Source: Felis catus
Lineage: Eukaryota
Direction of reading: 5' to 3'
Assembly: GCF_018350175.1 (NCBI RefSeq)
Contig: NC_058369.1
Location: 25,794,001 to 25,858,000, forward strand
Length of the DNA: 64,000 bases
The notes under the pieces are model-generated. The model was not told the origin of the DNA, ran no database searches, and saw nothing but the letters and a program-made list of their open reading frames with translations. This document shows, in pieces, positions 36,787 to 49,346 of the stretch. Every line of letters starts with the position of its first letter. Positions within the stretch are counted from its first letter, which is position 1. The translations under genes and the position numbers were made by a program.

Positions 36787-37554
36787 AAAACATAAAAACA
36801 AAGATGTTACTTCAGTCTTTGAGGAGCTTATAGTTTAATTAGGAAGCCAAAACTAACTCCCATGAACAAATTAGGAAAGAATGAAGTTTTAAGTGAAATT
36901 AAGAGAGCTATATGATTAAGGTAGTAAAGGCTTGTTTGTCTAGAAAGGGGGACTTGAACTAGACCCTGAAGATTTAGGGTTGAAGATAACAGATGTTCTG
37001 GGTGCAAAAAAGGTCTACATAAAAAGGCATCAGCCCAGAAAGGTAGTCAGGAGACAGTTGTGTGTTAAGGAGCTCTACTACTGGATTGACCAGATAGTTT
37101 CTATTAAATGGTAGAGGTAAACCTAAATCAGGTTCCATTTCAGGAAGGCTGTAGAGGTACAAAGGTTGCTGGAGCAGTAGGACAGAAACATTGAGGGAAC
37201 CAAGGCACAAACCTTGGAAGTAAGAATCTTGGATTTGCATGCAACTTTGGAAAAAGCCAAACTGCCCCTTAATCTTCCCAGGTAACTCTAATAACTAAAC
37301 TGATATGTTTTACAGTGGGTTATAAAACCCTCATCTGCTTTAATATGCTGACTTCATAATAGGGTGATTGGAAAGTGAAGATTGGATTCATAGGTATAGT
37401 GAGTAGACAAGATTTAAAGGTTCCAGGGTATGAGTTCTTATTTTCAAGATTGCTTCTCTCTTGGCACATGAAAAGATTGTGCTTGTATTCATCATTTTAA
37501 GGTATATTTCTTTTGTCAGTCATTTTAAATTCTGGAATAAATCCATTTATGTAT

Positions 37555-37752
37555 TTATTTTTTAAGTTTACTTATTCTGAGGGAGGGGGAGAGGAAGGGC
37601 AGAGAGAGAATCCCAAGCAGGCTCCACGTTGTCAGTGCAGAGATCCGCGGGGCTCGATCTCACCAACCTGGGCTGGATCTCACCAATGGTCGGATCATGA
37701 CCTGAGCTGAGAGCAAGAGTCGGACTCTTAACCGACTGAGCCAGGCGCCCCT
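37555..37752 (-). mobile_element. CanSINE with an internal ~20-bp duplication
   Basis: Reverse-complement body, with 'ggct(c/g)gatctcaccaa' repeated and flanks ctggaataaat. Confidence 0.85.
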
Positions 37753-38569
37753 GGAATAAATTCACTTAAATACCATTTCTGATATTCCCAGAAATACAGA
37801 TTTAATATTTAAATGAAAAATGAATGAAGTTACAAATATAATGATGAAGAAAATAATGCATGTGAATGTCCAAGTCAGAGGCAGCTGTTAAGTGATAGAA
37901 CATATATTAGAATTTCAGTAGAAAAACATTTTGAAACATAAACCTTATGTGGTAGTGCTAGTCTTACCATTTTAAATTGATGCTCTAAGCTGAGTTTTTG
38001 GTTCATAATTGCCAGTTGTGGAGGCAGTTTTCAGATAAGCATCAGTTAAGTTTATTGGCATTGTACTCGCTTTTAATAATTCTTCCCTCCCACTTCCCTC
38101 ACCAGTGACCTGATTTGAGAATTGAATCAAAATTTTATCCTTTGTTTTAGCTGCAACTGTTTTGAAAGCTGATATAACAATAGGTAAACTGTTAATGTGT
38201 GAGAAAGTGATTAAAAAGCACTTTCAAATATTATGTGGTTGTGTTGTAAAAATTAGTCGTTATTCCTTCCTACTTTTATTACTTTTTGTTATTATTGCTT
38301 TGTCATTTTACCAGTTTAGAGGTTTAGGTGTGCTAGTAAATTATAAATTTTAAGAATTATTTTCTGAAATGACTGTTTTGTTATAGGCCTACTGATAACC
38401 TATTACCTGCTATGCTTCACTTATAAAGTATTGAATTCTGATATTTAAGTCCTGCTTTCAAAATATTATTGCCCCAAAACAAAATAGAGTGTTCGTATCT
38501 GAATGTTGAGGTTGGAAAAAAACTCTTCAGGTTTTTAAGTTCAGTCACTTTTAAAAAGACTTGCTAGAT

Positions 38570-38791
38570 GGGGCGCCTGGGTGGCGCAGTCGGTTAAGCG
38601 TCCGACTTCAGCCAGGTCACGATCTCGCAGTCCGTGAGTTCCAGCCCCGCGTCGGGCTCTGGGCTGATGGCTCAGAGCCTGGAGCCTGTTTCCGATTCTG
38701 TGTCTCCCTCTCTCTCTGCCCCTCCCCCGTTCATGCTCTGTCTCTCTCTGTCCCAAAAATAAATAAATGTTGAAAAAAAAAATTAAAAAAA
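38570..38791 (+). mobile_element. Young SINEC_Fc-type SINE
   Basis: CpG-rich body 'ggggcgcctgggtggcgcagtcggttaagcgtccgacttcagccaggtcacgatctcgc' with perfect TSD aaaaagacttgctaga. Confidence 0.95.
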
Positions 38792-39093
38792 AAAAAGACT
38801 TGCTAGAAAGGGTACTCTCTTTTCTGGAATCAATGTCATAGCTCCAGTTTTATGACTATGTAATATTCTGATAGTAGGAATTAATTCTGTTATCCAACTC
38901 ACTTAACCTGCTAGCTGTCTTTTGCTTTTGAATTTTGAATTTCCTGGTCGTGTGCAGAGTTGAGCTGGGTAAATCTGATTTATATAAAGCCCTTAAGCAA
39001 TATAATGTTTATGTTTTACATTTTTACTTATATTTTCCATTTTATTTTGCTATCACATGCAAGTTTGCATGAATTCAGACTTTATGGTTTTTA

Positions 39094-39334
39094 TCTGTTG
39101 GCTATTTTTTTTTAATGTTTGTTTTTTGAGAGAGACAGTATGAGTGGGGGAGGGGCAGAGAGAGAGGGACACAGAGGATCTGAAGTGGGTTTAGCGCTCA
39201 CAGCAGAGAGCCTGATGCGGGGCTTGAACTCACAGAACCATGACATCATGACCCTAGTTGAAGTCGGACACTTAGCCCACTGAGCCATCTAGGCGCCCTT
39301 ATCTGTTGGCTGTTTTATTTTTTATTTTTAAATT

Positions 39335-39377
<43 letters not shown>

Positions 39378-40189
39378 GGTGCACAAAAGGTGATTTTATT
39401 AAAACATGGGGACAGGACCTGTGGGCAGAAAGAGCTGCCATTTTATTTTTTATTATTTTAAAATGTTTATTTATTTATTTTGAGAAAGAGAGAGGGAGAG
39501 AGAGAATCCCAAGCAGGCCCCACATTTTCAGCGCAGAGCTCTCTATGTGGGACTTGATGCCATGAACCAGGAGATCACAACCTGAGCTGAAATCAAGAAT
39601 CAGACGCTTAACTGACTGAGCCACCCTGGTGCCCCTCTGTTGACTATTTTTAAATAGTATTATTTTAAAATTTTTATTATTTAAATAGTATTATTTTTAA
39701 ATTGTTTTTATGTTTATTTTTGAGAGAGAGAGAGAGAGAGGCAGAGAAAGAGAAGCAGAGCATGAACAGGGGAGGGACAGAGAGAGAAGGAGACACAGAA
39801 TATGAAGCAGTCTCCAGGCTCTGAGTTGTCAGCACAGAGCCCGACACGGGGCTTGAACCCAGGAACTGTGACATCATGACCTGGGCTGAAGTCGGACGCT
39901 TAACCAACTGAGCCACCCACTTGCCCCTCTGTTGGCTATTTTATTTTATTTTATTTTATTTTATTTTATTTTATTTTTTTAAGTTTATTTATTTTTGAGA
40001 CAGAGAGCATGAACGGGGGAGGGGCAGAGAGAGAGGGAGACACAGAATCGGAAGCAGGCTCCAGGCTCTGTGCCATCAGCCCAGAGCCCGACGCGGGGCT
40101 CGAACTCACAGACCCCGAGATCGTGACCCGAGCTGAAGTCGGTCGCTTAACTGACTGAGCCACCCAGGCGCCCCTCTGTTGGCTATTTT
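39094..40189 (-). mobile_element. Array of four minus-strand CanSINEs separated by five copies of one 15-bp target site
   Basis: tctgttggctatttt, or a 1-mismatch variant, at 39094, 39302, 39636, 39928 and 40175. Confidence 0.93.
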
Positions 40190-40539
40190 AAATATCAGTA
40201 TGTTTTAGATAAATTCTAGTGTTTGTTGTTATTCTAAGTCAGAATTAAGTGAAGGTTTAATGCTCTTCTTCATGGGATTTTACTGATTGCCACAATTCTC
40301 ACTAATTCCTTTTCATAATATTTTGAACTTTGATCATGTTTATCATAAAACTTAACACTTGATTATGTTATGCTGCCTTAGTTCTTGAATAATAATAATA
40401 AAAATAATTTATGTTCTTAAAGGTAAGTGTAATAGGCTTTACTGCCTTGTAGCCCTACAATATAGGTGCAATGCCTAGTATTTAGTAGGTGGTTAAAACA
40501 CTTATTACCAACATACTACGTTTCTCCAAAGAAATTCTG

Positions 40540-41000
40540 AAAAAAATTTTTTTTGTTGTTTGCTTATTTTTGAGAGAGAGACAGAGCACTAGCAGGGGAG
40601 GGGCAGAGAGAGAGGGAGACACAGAATCTGAAACAGGCTCCAGGCTCTGAACTGTCAGCACAGAGCCTGACATGGTGTTTGAATCCACCAGCTGTGAGAT
40701 CATGACCTGAGCTGAAGTAAGATGCTCAGCCAATGCTACCTAGTTGTCCCATCTCCAAAGAAATTCTAGAAGTACTACTAACTTTAGAAATTTGTCTTTT
40801 TAATTTATTTTTAATGTTGTTTATTTAATGAGAGAGAAAGAGAGAATGGGGGGAGGAACAGAGAGGGATGAGAGAGAGAATCCCAGGCAGGCTCTGTGCC
40901 AATAGCACAGACACAGGGCTCAATCCCACAAACTGTGAGGGTATGACCTGAGCCGAAATCAAGAATCGGACGCTTAACAGACTGAGCCACCCAAGTGCCT
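40540..41000 (-). mobile_element. Two CanSINEs (~40540-40750 and ~40795-41000)
   Basis: Reverse-complement bodies. The first has TSD tctccaaagaaattct. Confidence 0.9.
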
Positions 41001-41434
41001 CTGCCCTTTTTTTTTTTTTTTTTAAGCCTCTTGGAAGAGAGTGTGAAATATCTTTATGACCTTGGGGTAGGGAAGGATATATTATAAAAAATTCACAAAG
41101 AAGCATAATTGAAATAAAAGTTTGATAATGCAAATACATTAAAATTATCTTTTTCATTAAGAATGAAAAAAGTGAAGAAGGAAAAAAAACTAGGGGAAGA
41201 TATTTGTAAAACACATCACGTATAAAGGATAAGTGTCTAGAATATAGAAAGGATTTGTTCAAATTAACAAAAAAGACACAACCCAAGAGAAAAAAAATGG
41301 TTAACACAAATAAGAATTTCACAGAAGAAATAAGAATGACCAATAAACTAACGCAAGATGTTCAGCATAACTAGGAAATTTTAAACTTAAACCTTCAGTT
41401 CCATTTATGCTCATTTAAAAAGTTGGATAATTTT

Positions 41435-41760
41435 GGAGTGCCTGGCTGGCTCCGTCAGTAGGGCAAGAGACTCTTGATCTCAGGGTCGTGAGTTTGAGCT
41501 CCGTGCTGTGTGCAGATTACTGAGGGGATAAACTTTAAAAAGTTGGCTAGGGGTGCCTGGGTGGCTCGACTAGTCTGTTGAGTGTCCACCTTTGGCTCAG
41601 GTCGTGATCTCACAGGTTGTGGGTTCAAGCCCTGTGATGGGCTCTCTGCTGTCAGCACAGAGCCTGCTTCAGATACTGTCTCCACCGCCCCCGCCCCTTT
41701 TTCACTTGTTCTCTCTCTCTCACAAAATAAATAAATGAACTTAAAAAAGAAAAAACAAAA
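41435..41760 (+). mobile_element. Short SINE plus CanSINE
   Basis: Heads at ~41435 and ~41550, each preceded by 'aaaaagttgg'. Confidence 0.85.
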
Positions 41761-41809
41761 CATTCTTCTGCCTTTATTATTTTTGTTGTGGTTTTTAATT
41801 TAATTTAGT

Positions 41810-42230
41810 TTTTTTAATGTTCCCAGTTTTTATTTAAATTCTACTTAGCATACGGTGTAATATTAGTTTCAGGAGTAGAATTTAGTGATTCATCCATCAC
41901 TTACATATAACATCCAGTAATCAACACAACAGGTGCCCACTTTAATACCCATCACCCATTTAACCTATCCCCCCACCCACCTTCCCTCCAGCAACCCTCA
42001 GTTTGTTCTGTGTATTTAAGAGTCTTTTATGGATTGTCTCCATCTCTGTTTTTATATTATTTTTCCTTCCCTTCCCTATGTTCATCTGTTTTGTGCCTTA
42101 AATTCCACATATGAGTGAAATCATGTCTTTTTCTGACAGACTTATTTTGCTTAGCATAATACGCTCTAGTTCCATCCATGTTGTTGTAAATGGCAAGATT
42201 TCATTCTTTTTCATTGCTGAGTAATATTCC

Positions 42231-42279
<49 letters not shown>

Positions 42280-42802
42280 ACACACACACACACACACACC
42301 ACATCTTCTTTATCCATTCATCAGTCAATGGACATTTGAGCTCTTTCCATATTTTGGCTATTGTCGATAGTGCTACTGTAAACATGGGGGTGCATGTGTC
42401 CCTTCGAAACAGCACACCTGTATCCTTTGGATAAATACCTAGTAGTGCAGTTGCTGGGTCATAGGGTAGTTCTACTTTTAATTTTTTGAGGAGCCTCCAT
42501 CCTGTTTTCCAGAGTGGCTATACCAGTTTGCATTCCCACCAGCAGTGCAAAAGGGTTCCTCGTACTCCACATCCTCACCAATATCTGTTGTTGCCTGAGT
42601 TGTTAATTTTAGCCATTCTGACAGGTGTGAGGTGGTTAGTCTCTCATTATGGTTTTGATTTGTATTTCCCTGATGATGAGTGATGTTGAGCATTTTTTCA
42701 TGTGTCGGTTGGCCATCTGGATGTCTTCTTTGGAAAAGTGTCTATTCATGTCTTTTGCCCATTTCTTTATTGGGTTATTTGTTTTTTGGGTGTTGAGTTT
42801 GA
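41810..42802 (-). mobile_element. 5'-truncated felid L1
   Basis: Minus-strand ORF 42098-42415 reads 'RDTCTPMFTVALSTIAKIWKELKCPLTDEWIKKMW...YYSAMKKNEILPFTTTWMELE', which is the L1 ORF2 C-terminus. Confidence 0.93.
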
Positions 42803-42884
42803 TTTAAAAAAAAGTTGGATGATATCAAATATGGACGACACTGTAGAGGAACTCCCATGCTCTGTTATTGATTTGATGAGTTAA

Positions 42885-43560
42885 ACCCTGATTGACTTTT
42901 GAATATTAAATCAACTTTGCATTCCTGGAATAAACTCCACCTGATTATACTGTATTTTTTTAATATGCTACTGGATGTGATCTGCTTAAATTTTGTCAAG
43001 GATTTTTGCATATCTATTCATGAAAGGTTAGTCTTAAATACTTGGTAGAATTCACTAATGAAGTCATGTAGGTTTGTATTTTATTTATTTATTTATTTGC
43101 ATGTGGAAAGTTTTAAACTATCAATTCAGTTTCTTTGACAGATACAGAGCTTTTCGGGTTACTTATTTATTGTAGAGTTAATTTTGATAGTTTGTGTCTT
43201 TAAAGAAATTTATCTATTTCATAGAAGTTGTTGGGTCAGTTGGCATAAAATTATTCATAACATTACCTGATTACCCTTTCAGTATCTCTAGATTCTATAA
43301 TGATGTTACCTCTCTCATTCCCAGTATTGTGTCTTTTCTCTCTTTTTTTGTTTTATTACTATAGCCAGAAGTTTTTCAACTTTATTGATGTTAAATATTC
43401 AATTATTTTAAATATGTTTTTTTCTGTTATTTTTCTGTTTTCTCTTTCATGGATTTATGTTCTTACCTTTATTATATGCTTCTTTCTGCTTTTTTTCTGT
43501 TTGATATTCTCTTCTGTTTCTTAAATTGGAAGCTTAAATAATTGATTTTAGACCTTTCTT
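42885..43560 (-). mobile_element. Old L1M ORF2 fragment
   Basis: 'ttgcattcctggaataaactccacctg...ttttgtcaaggatttttgcatctctattcatg'-like antisense ORF2 text. Confidence 0.7.
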
Positions 43561-43794
43561 TATTAATAAAAGTATGTAATGCTCTAATATAACTATTTTG
43601 ATAAACAATTTGACATTATTATAATGCTTGTGTATACCTAATGAGATAGCAGTTCTTTACCTAAGTATAGTGTATACACTACAAAAACATTTTTATATCT
43701 GCATCAGGAGACATGTTCAAGCACTTTTTTTTTTAAAGAGAAAGAGCATGTGTGCACACAAGTAGGAAAGGGCAGAGGAAGAGGTAGAGAACTT

Positions 43795-44008
43795 TTTAAA
43801 AATTTTTACGTTTAATGTTTATATTAGAGACAGAGATAGAGCACAAGTTGGGGAGGGACAGAGAGAGAGGGAGACAAAATCTGAAACAGGCTCCAGGCTC
43901 TGAGCTGTCAGCACAGAGCCCAATACGGGACTCAAAATCATGAGTAGTGAGATCATGACCTGAGCTGAAGTTGGACACTTAACTAGCTGAGCCACCCAGA
44001 TGCCCCTC
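43795..44008 (-). mobile_element. CanSINE
   Basis: Reverse-complement SINE body. Confidence 0.9.
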
Positions 44009-45036
44009 AAGCAGTTTTTCATAGTATTTTCTGTAATAGCAAAAAACTGGAAGTAACCCAGATGTTTATCAACATGAATATGTAAGTACTTCTGTTAATT
44101 TATACCATGGAATACTGTGCAAGAGTGAACATGAATAAACAATAGCTGTACATTATCAATGCAGATGAATTCAGAAATGTTGAGTGAAAAAAGTAAGTTG
44201 CAAAGGAATACTTAGACTATGATGCCAGTTAATATAGAACTTAGAAATCGTGATACTTTTTCATATATATATATATGTTACTTCCTATATAGTAATAGAA
44301 TGATGAATATTTCCTTGAGAGGGAGGCAGAGAATGGATATAAAAATAGCTAAATATTACATAATATATACTGTAAAGTGTTTTAAATACTTTATAAATAT
44401 ATACTTATTTAATTCTCATAATTAAATGAGTATGTGCTGTGAAGCAGGCACTATTATTGTTCTCATTTCTGAATAAAGGAGCTTATAAATAAGGGTACAG
44501 AAAATCTTAACTACTCCAAATCATTCTGCTAATAAGAAGTAAATCCTATAATCAAACCCAGGCAGTCTGGCTCCAGAGTCTGCACTCTTAACTATTAAGC
44601 CATACTGCCTGCCCTTCTGGGAGAGGCAGGGGTCTTCTCAGTCTGGGTGTTAGGTACATGAAAGTTTATTTTAATATTCTTTAGTTCTTACTGCTATGTT
44701 TCTGTTTATTTTTGTATATATGAACTATTTCATTAAAATAAATAACAGGTTAAGCCAACTGAAAAGGAAACCCATAATCTGTATCCCTAATGTAAGTTTA
44801 GGAAGTCAGTACTATTAAATTTCTCTAACATGTGTCTTAGATACTAATAGATCATAAAATATTAAAAAATCAGATAGATGATGTGTTAGTAATGTTTTAT
44901 ATCTTGACCTGGGTGGTGGTTAGTTATAAAGGTGTGTTCACTTAGTGGTGATTCATCAAGCTATATACACTTTTGATTTGTTCACTTCTTTGTATGCATT
45001 CCATATTTCAATAAATTCTTTATAATAATAATGTCA

Positions 45037-45235
45037 GGGGGTGTCTGGGTGGTTCAGTTGGTTAAGCATCCAACTTTGGCTTAGGTAATGATCTTATGGT
45101 TCGTGATTTTGAGCCCTATTATCAGGCTCTCTACTGTCAGCACAGAGCCCACTTTGGATCCTCTGTCCCCTTCTCTCTTTGCCCCTCCCCTGCTCAGGGA
45201 TCTCTGTCAAAAATAAGTAAACATTAAAAAAATAG
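45037..45235 (+). mobile_element. CanSINE
   Basis: SINE body flanked by aatgtca. Confidence 0.88.
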
Positions 45236-45734
45236 CAATGTCACATAAGATTTTTAAATTCCAAAGATTTCTTATTGCAGCTATATTATGTGTGTCTTTA
45301 TTGGGATGAGCATAAGAGGATTATAAGTTATAAAGTATAAAACTAAATGGACTGACTTTCTGAGATTCTACTTCATTGAAGAATCTTTAAAAAGAATGAG
45401 ATATATTGTCAAGCAACAAAACAACAAACAGGGCATAGCACAATATACACAATAATCTACCTTTTGTGCAAAAGAAAGAAAATAAGAATTCATATTTGTT
45501 ATTTATTTGTTTATGCATAAAGAAATCTGGAAGGGTTATACATAAAGGAGTTAGTAACCTGGTTATGTGGAAGTACGGTAGGGTGGAAACTGTCTTTATG
45601 AGATAAGGATGACAGGAAGACTTTTCAGTGTATATAACTTTTTTAGTATTTCTGGAACCTTGAAACTATACCACCTATTCTAAATAAATAAACATTAACT
45701 TATTAAGTTAAAAAGAAGGCATGTTTAACCTGGC

Positions 45735-45810
45735 CTATTTATTTATTCATTCATTCATTCATTCATTCATGAGGGAGAGAACGTATGTGTATGTATACAC
45801 ATGGGGGAGG

Positions 45811-45854
<44 letters not shown>

Positions 45855-45971
45855 CTCAAGCAGGCCCCATGCTCAGCACAGAGCCTTTATGGAGGGCTCA
45901 ATCTAATGATTGTGAGATCACAATCTGAGCTGATATCAAGACTCAGACACTCAGACTCAGCCAGGTGCCCC
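45735..45971 (-). mobile_element. CanSINE (diverged) with a (GA)n tract
   Basis: Reverse-complement body ending 'ccaggtgcccc'. Confidence 0.85.
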
Positions 45972-46246
45972 AACATGGCTCTTTTAGGTAGATTCAGACT
46001 ATGTCCTTTTGAGACTCATATTTACTTATTTGTTGGCTATAGAATATTTCCATTTTCAGGAGATTTGGTCTAGTATCTCTTGAGATAGAGAAATTTTGGA
46101 AATACTATGCTATCAATTATGTTCAAAGAGGACTTTTTCAGTTAAATACCCAAAACCCTTTCAGAGTTTCTTCTTTTCCAGTGTTATTTCAGTTATTTTT
46201 TGATTATCTCCTGTCTTTTTTGGATGTTGTACATCTGTAGGCAGAA

Positions 46247-46252
46247 CTTTTC

Positions 46253-46316
<64 letters not shown>

Positions 46317-46358
46317 TCCTTTCTTTCCTTTCTTTCCTTTCTTTTCTTTCTTTCCTTC

Positions 46359-46412
<54 letters not shown>

Positions 46413-46488
46413 ATCTTTCTTTCCTTCCTTCCTTCCTTCCTTCCTTCCTTCCTTCCTTCCTTCCTTCCTTCCTTCCTTCCTTCCTTCC
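46247..46488. repeat. Compound (CTTT)n/(CCTT)n polypyrimidine microsatellite, the expanded tail of a short minus-strand SINE (46490-46576)
   Basis: About 240 nt of almost pure pyrimidine. The repeat and the SINE are bracketed together by TSD gcagaactttt. Confidence 0.95.
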
Positions 46489-47254
46489 GTAATCTCTATA
46501 CCCAGCATGGGGCTTGAACTCATGAACCTGAGATCAAGAGTTCCGTGCTCTTGTAATTGAGCCTGCCAGCTGCCCCAGCAGAACTTTTATTTTCATGAGA
46601 AAGCTTTTTGTTAATAATATGACCATATATTTAAACAGTTGATTAAATAGTGTGATTTAAAAAGTGCTTTGGTACTGTGACTTTGAGCTATCTGACATCA
46701 TTTAATTTAAAGCAAAAAATAGTGTTAGTGTTTAAATGGCTAAACTGTCCTTTTTTTCTTTTTAAAACTTGATTTATTAAGACACATTTTATAAGCATGA
46801 TAAAAATTACTGTTTAAATCAAAATCTCCAGAAATTGAAATGGAGATTAAGAGTATAAATCTATACTATTTTAAGGAAATGTTTAAAGCTACTCCCTTAA
46901 AATCTGGTCCAGAATTAAATTGAAAGAAAAAGTTTTTAGTTAATATTTTGTAGGGACATTGAAAGAAATATACAGTTTGTAACCTCAGCTTCATATTAGA
47001 ATCGTCTGGAGCTTTTAAAACACATTGATGCCTCCCAGAGATTATGGTTTAATTATCCCCCAGAGATTATGATTTAATACTTCTAAATTATTCACATTTT
47101 AAAATCTGTAAGTTGTTAATATCTGTGAAGATCATGTTGACTGCATGACTATGCTATTTTGAGGGAATATTGAGAAGCAAAAATATATTAACTTAATCAT
47201 GCATTTCTGCATTAAGTAGAATAAGGTGGTGATTTTTGTCATAGGCGTTTATTT

Positions 47255-47746
47255 TCCTTTTTTTTTTTTTTTAATTTATTTTTTGGGAGAGCACAAGTGG
47301 GGGAGGGGCAGAGAGAATGGGACAGAGGAGCTGAAGCAAGCTCTGCGCTGACAAGCTGACTGACAGCAGGGAGCCCGATATGGGGCTGGAACTCACAAAC
47401 CTCAAGATCTTGACCTGAGCGGAAGTCAGACACTCAACTGACAGAGACACCCACGTGCCTCTGGCATTTATTTTCCTATTTAGACTGCTGATATCAGCTA
47501 AAAGCCCCTACTTAAAAACAAGAAAAAAAACCCATATACAAAAGATCCTGTATGACTTTTGGTTAATGATGTTTGTGAACTGCTTAGGGGTACCTGGGTG
47601 GCTCAGTCAGTTAAGCATCCGACTTCCCACTTTGGCTCAGGTTACAATCTGGTGGTTTGAGACCCGCATTGGGCTCTGTGCTGACAGTTCAGAGCCTGAA
47701 GCCTGCTTCAGATTCTGTGTCTCCCTCTCTCTGTGTCCTTCCCCTA

Positions 47747-47804
<58 letters not shown>

Positions 47805-48241
47805 ATAAACATTAAAAAATTTTTATTAAAAAAACTATATAATTGTCATTGTGAAGTTTACTTGTAAAATGAGCGTATAACTTTTTTCAAACTGTTGTTA
47901 TAATTTTAGGTGCTTTAGAATAAAAATTGTACAAGTGTTTAGGAAAATCACAGAGATTAAGACCTTGTAATATCAACTTAATATTAAAATTTCTATTCTA
48001 TCACTGTATGTGGGTTTTTTTTTTATAATTTTTTTTTTAACGTTTATTTATTTTTGGGACAGAGAGAGACAGAGCATGAACTGGGAAGGGGCAGAGAGAG
48101 AGGGAGACACAGAATCGGAAGTAGGCTCCAGGCTCTGAGCCATCAGCCCAGAGCCCGACGTGGGCCTCGAACTCACGGACTGTGAGATCGTGACCTGAGC
48201 CGAAGTCGGACGCTTAACCGACTGAGCCACCCAGGCGCCCC
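47255..48241. mobile_element. Three CanSINEs: - (47255-47460), + (47587-47820), - (48025-48241)
   Basis: SINE bodies. The third is CpG-rich and looks young. Confidence 0.9.
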
Positions 48242-49346
48242 AAAGGTTTTTAATGAATATACTCCAGTATAGAATAAAATGCTAGCAAGATTTAGCAAAC
48301 ATAAGTGTTTACTTGAGTTTAGGGAATTTGAAGTACATCTCCATCTAGATAAAATTTAAAATTCAAATATATTTTAATAGATTAGAGATTATGCCATTTA
48401 TAATTATGCCATAGTTTCTTGATAGCTTCAGGGAATGAGTCATTTCAGAAAACAGGATTTTCTGATGAGTTGAAAATCTACACCTTTTACAACCAAATAA
48501 TTTTTTGGGTGGAAATTTTTCTAAAGTGATTAAACATTTCCTTGTCACCTTAAATAGAGTAGAGGAAAAAACCTTTTCTTAATGACCTGGTTATATTTAC
48601 TAATAGAATTATGCACTTAGAGGCATTAGAGGTTATAAGTTTTTTACCCCTGTGCTAGGTGACTTTGTATTAGCATGTTTTAAAATTACTGAATTAGTGC
48701 ATTTTTGTAATGTGTTGGTTCTTCTGGATTTTTATTTGTCAGTTTTCTGGGTCAGCCATCACTATAGGAACTATTTAGAAATAAAATATATGTTTTAAAC
48801 ATATATGTAAATATATGTGTCTAAAACATATATGTAACTATGGATCTGTGAGGAAACATGAATTTTATAGTGCATGAACTTGGACTTCTACACTTCTTAC
48901 CTTCTGGTTATCAATAGAATATGTTTAAATGGTGTTATTGGAATCTTTGATAAACATATTGCTGGAAACTTTTAGGAAAATGTTAAGATACTCTACCTAA
49001 GATCAGGTAACAAATGGCCATGAAATCTCTTCAGCTTTTTACACTATAAGTTATTTTGATCTCTTCAGCCTTTCTTTGCAATGTGTTATTTTTATATTAC
49101 ATTTTCAAAAATTTCAGTAACTAGCTTCATTTATTGGAAAATATATGATAGGTACCTCTATAATTTTTTCAGCAAATATTTATCAGTCTTCTACCCAGTG
49201 CTAAAGATGAAAAAACAAATGTCTGACTTCTTGAAATCATAAGTCTATTTGAACAAAACAATAAAAAACCTTTGAGTGTAGTATAATATTATAGTGGCAT
49301 ATGCCTGGGTGTTAACGATATTATAGAGGAGGAGCATCTAATTCAG

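Noticed and set aside
39094..40189. CRISPR-like repeat-spacer appearance
   Set aside because: The DNA is mammalian, the spacers are 190-320-bp SINEs, the repeats are TSDs and there are no cas genes.
46161..46523. K/E/R-rich and F/L/S-rich ORFs
   Set aside because: These are translations of the microsatellite.
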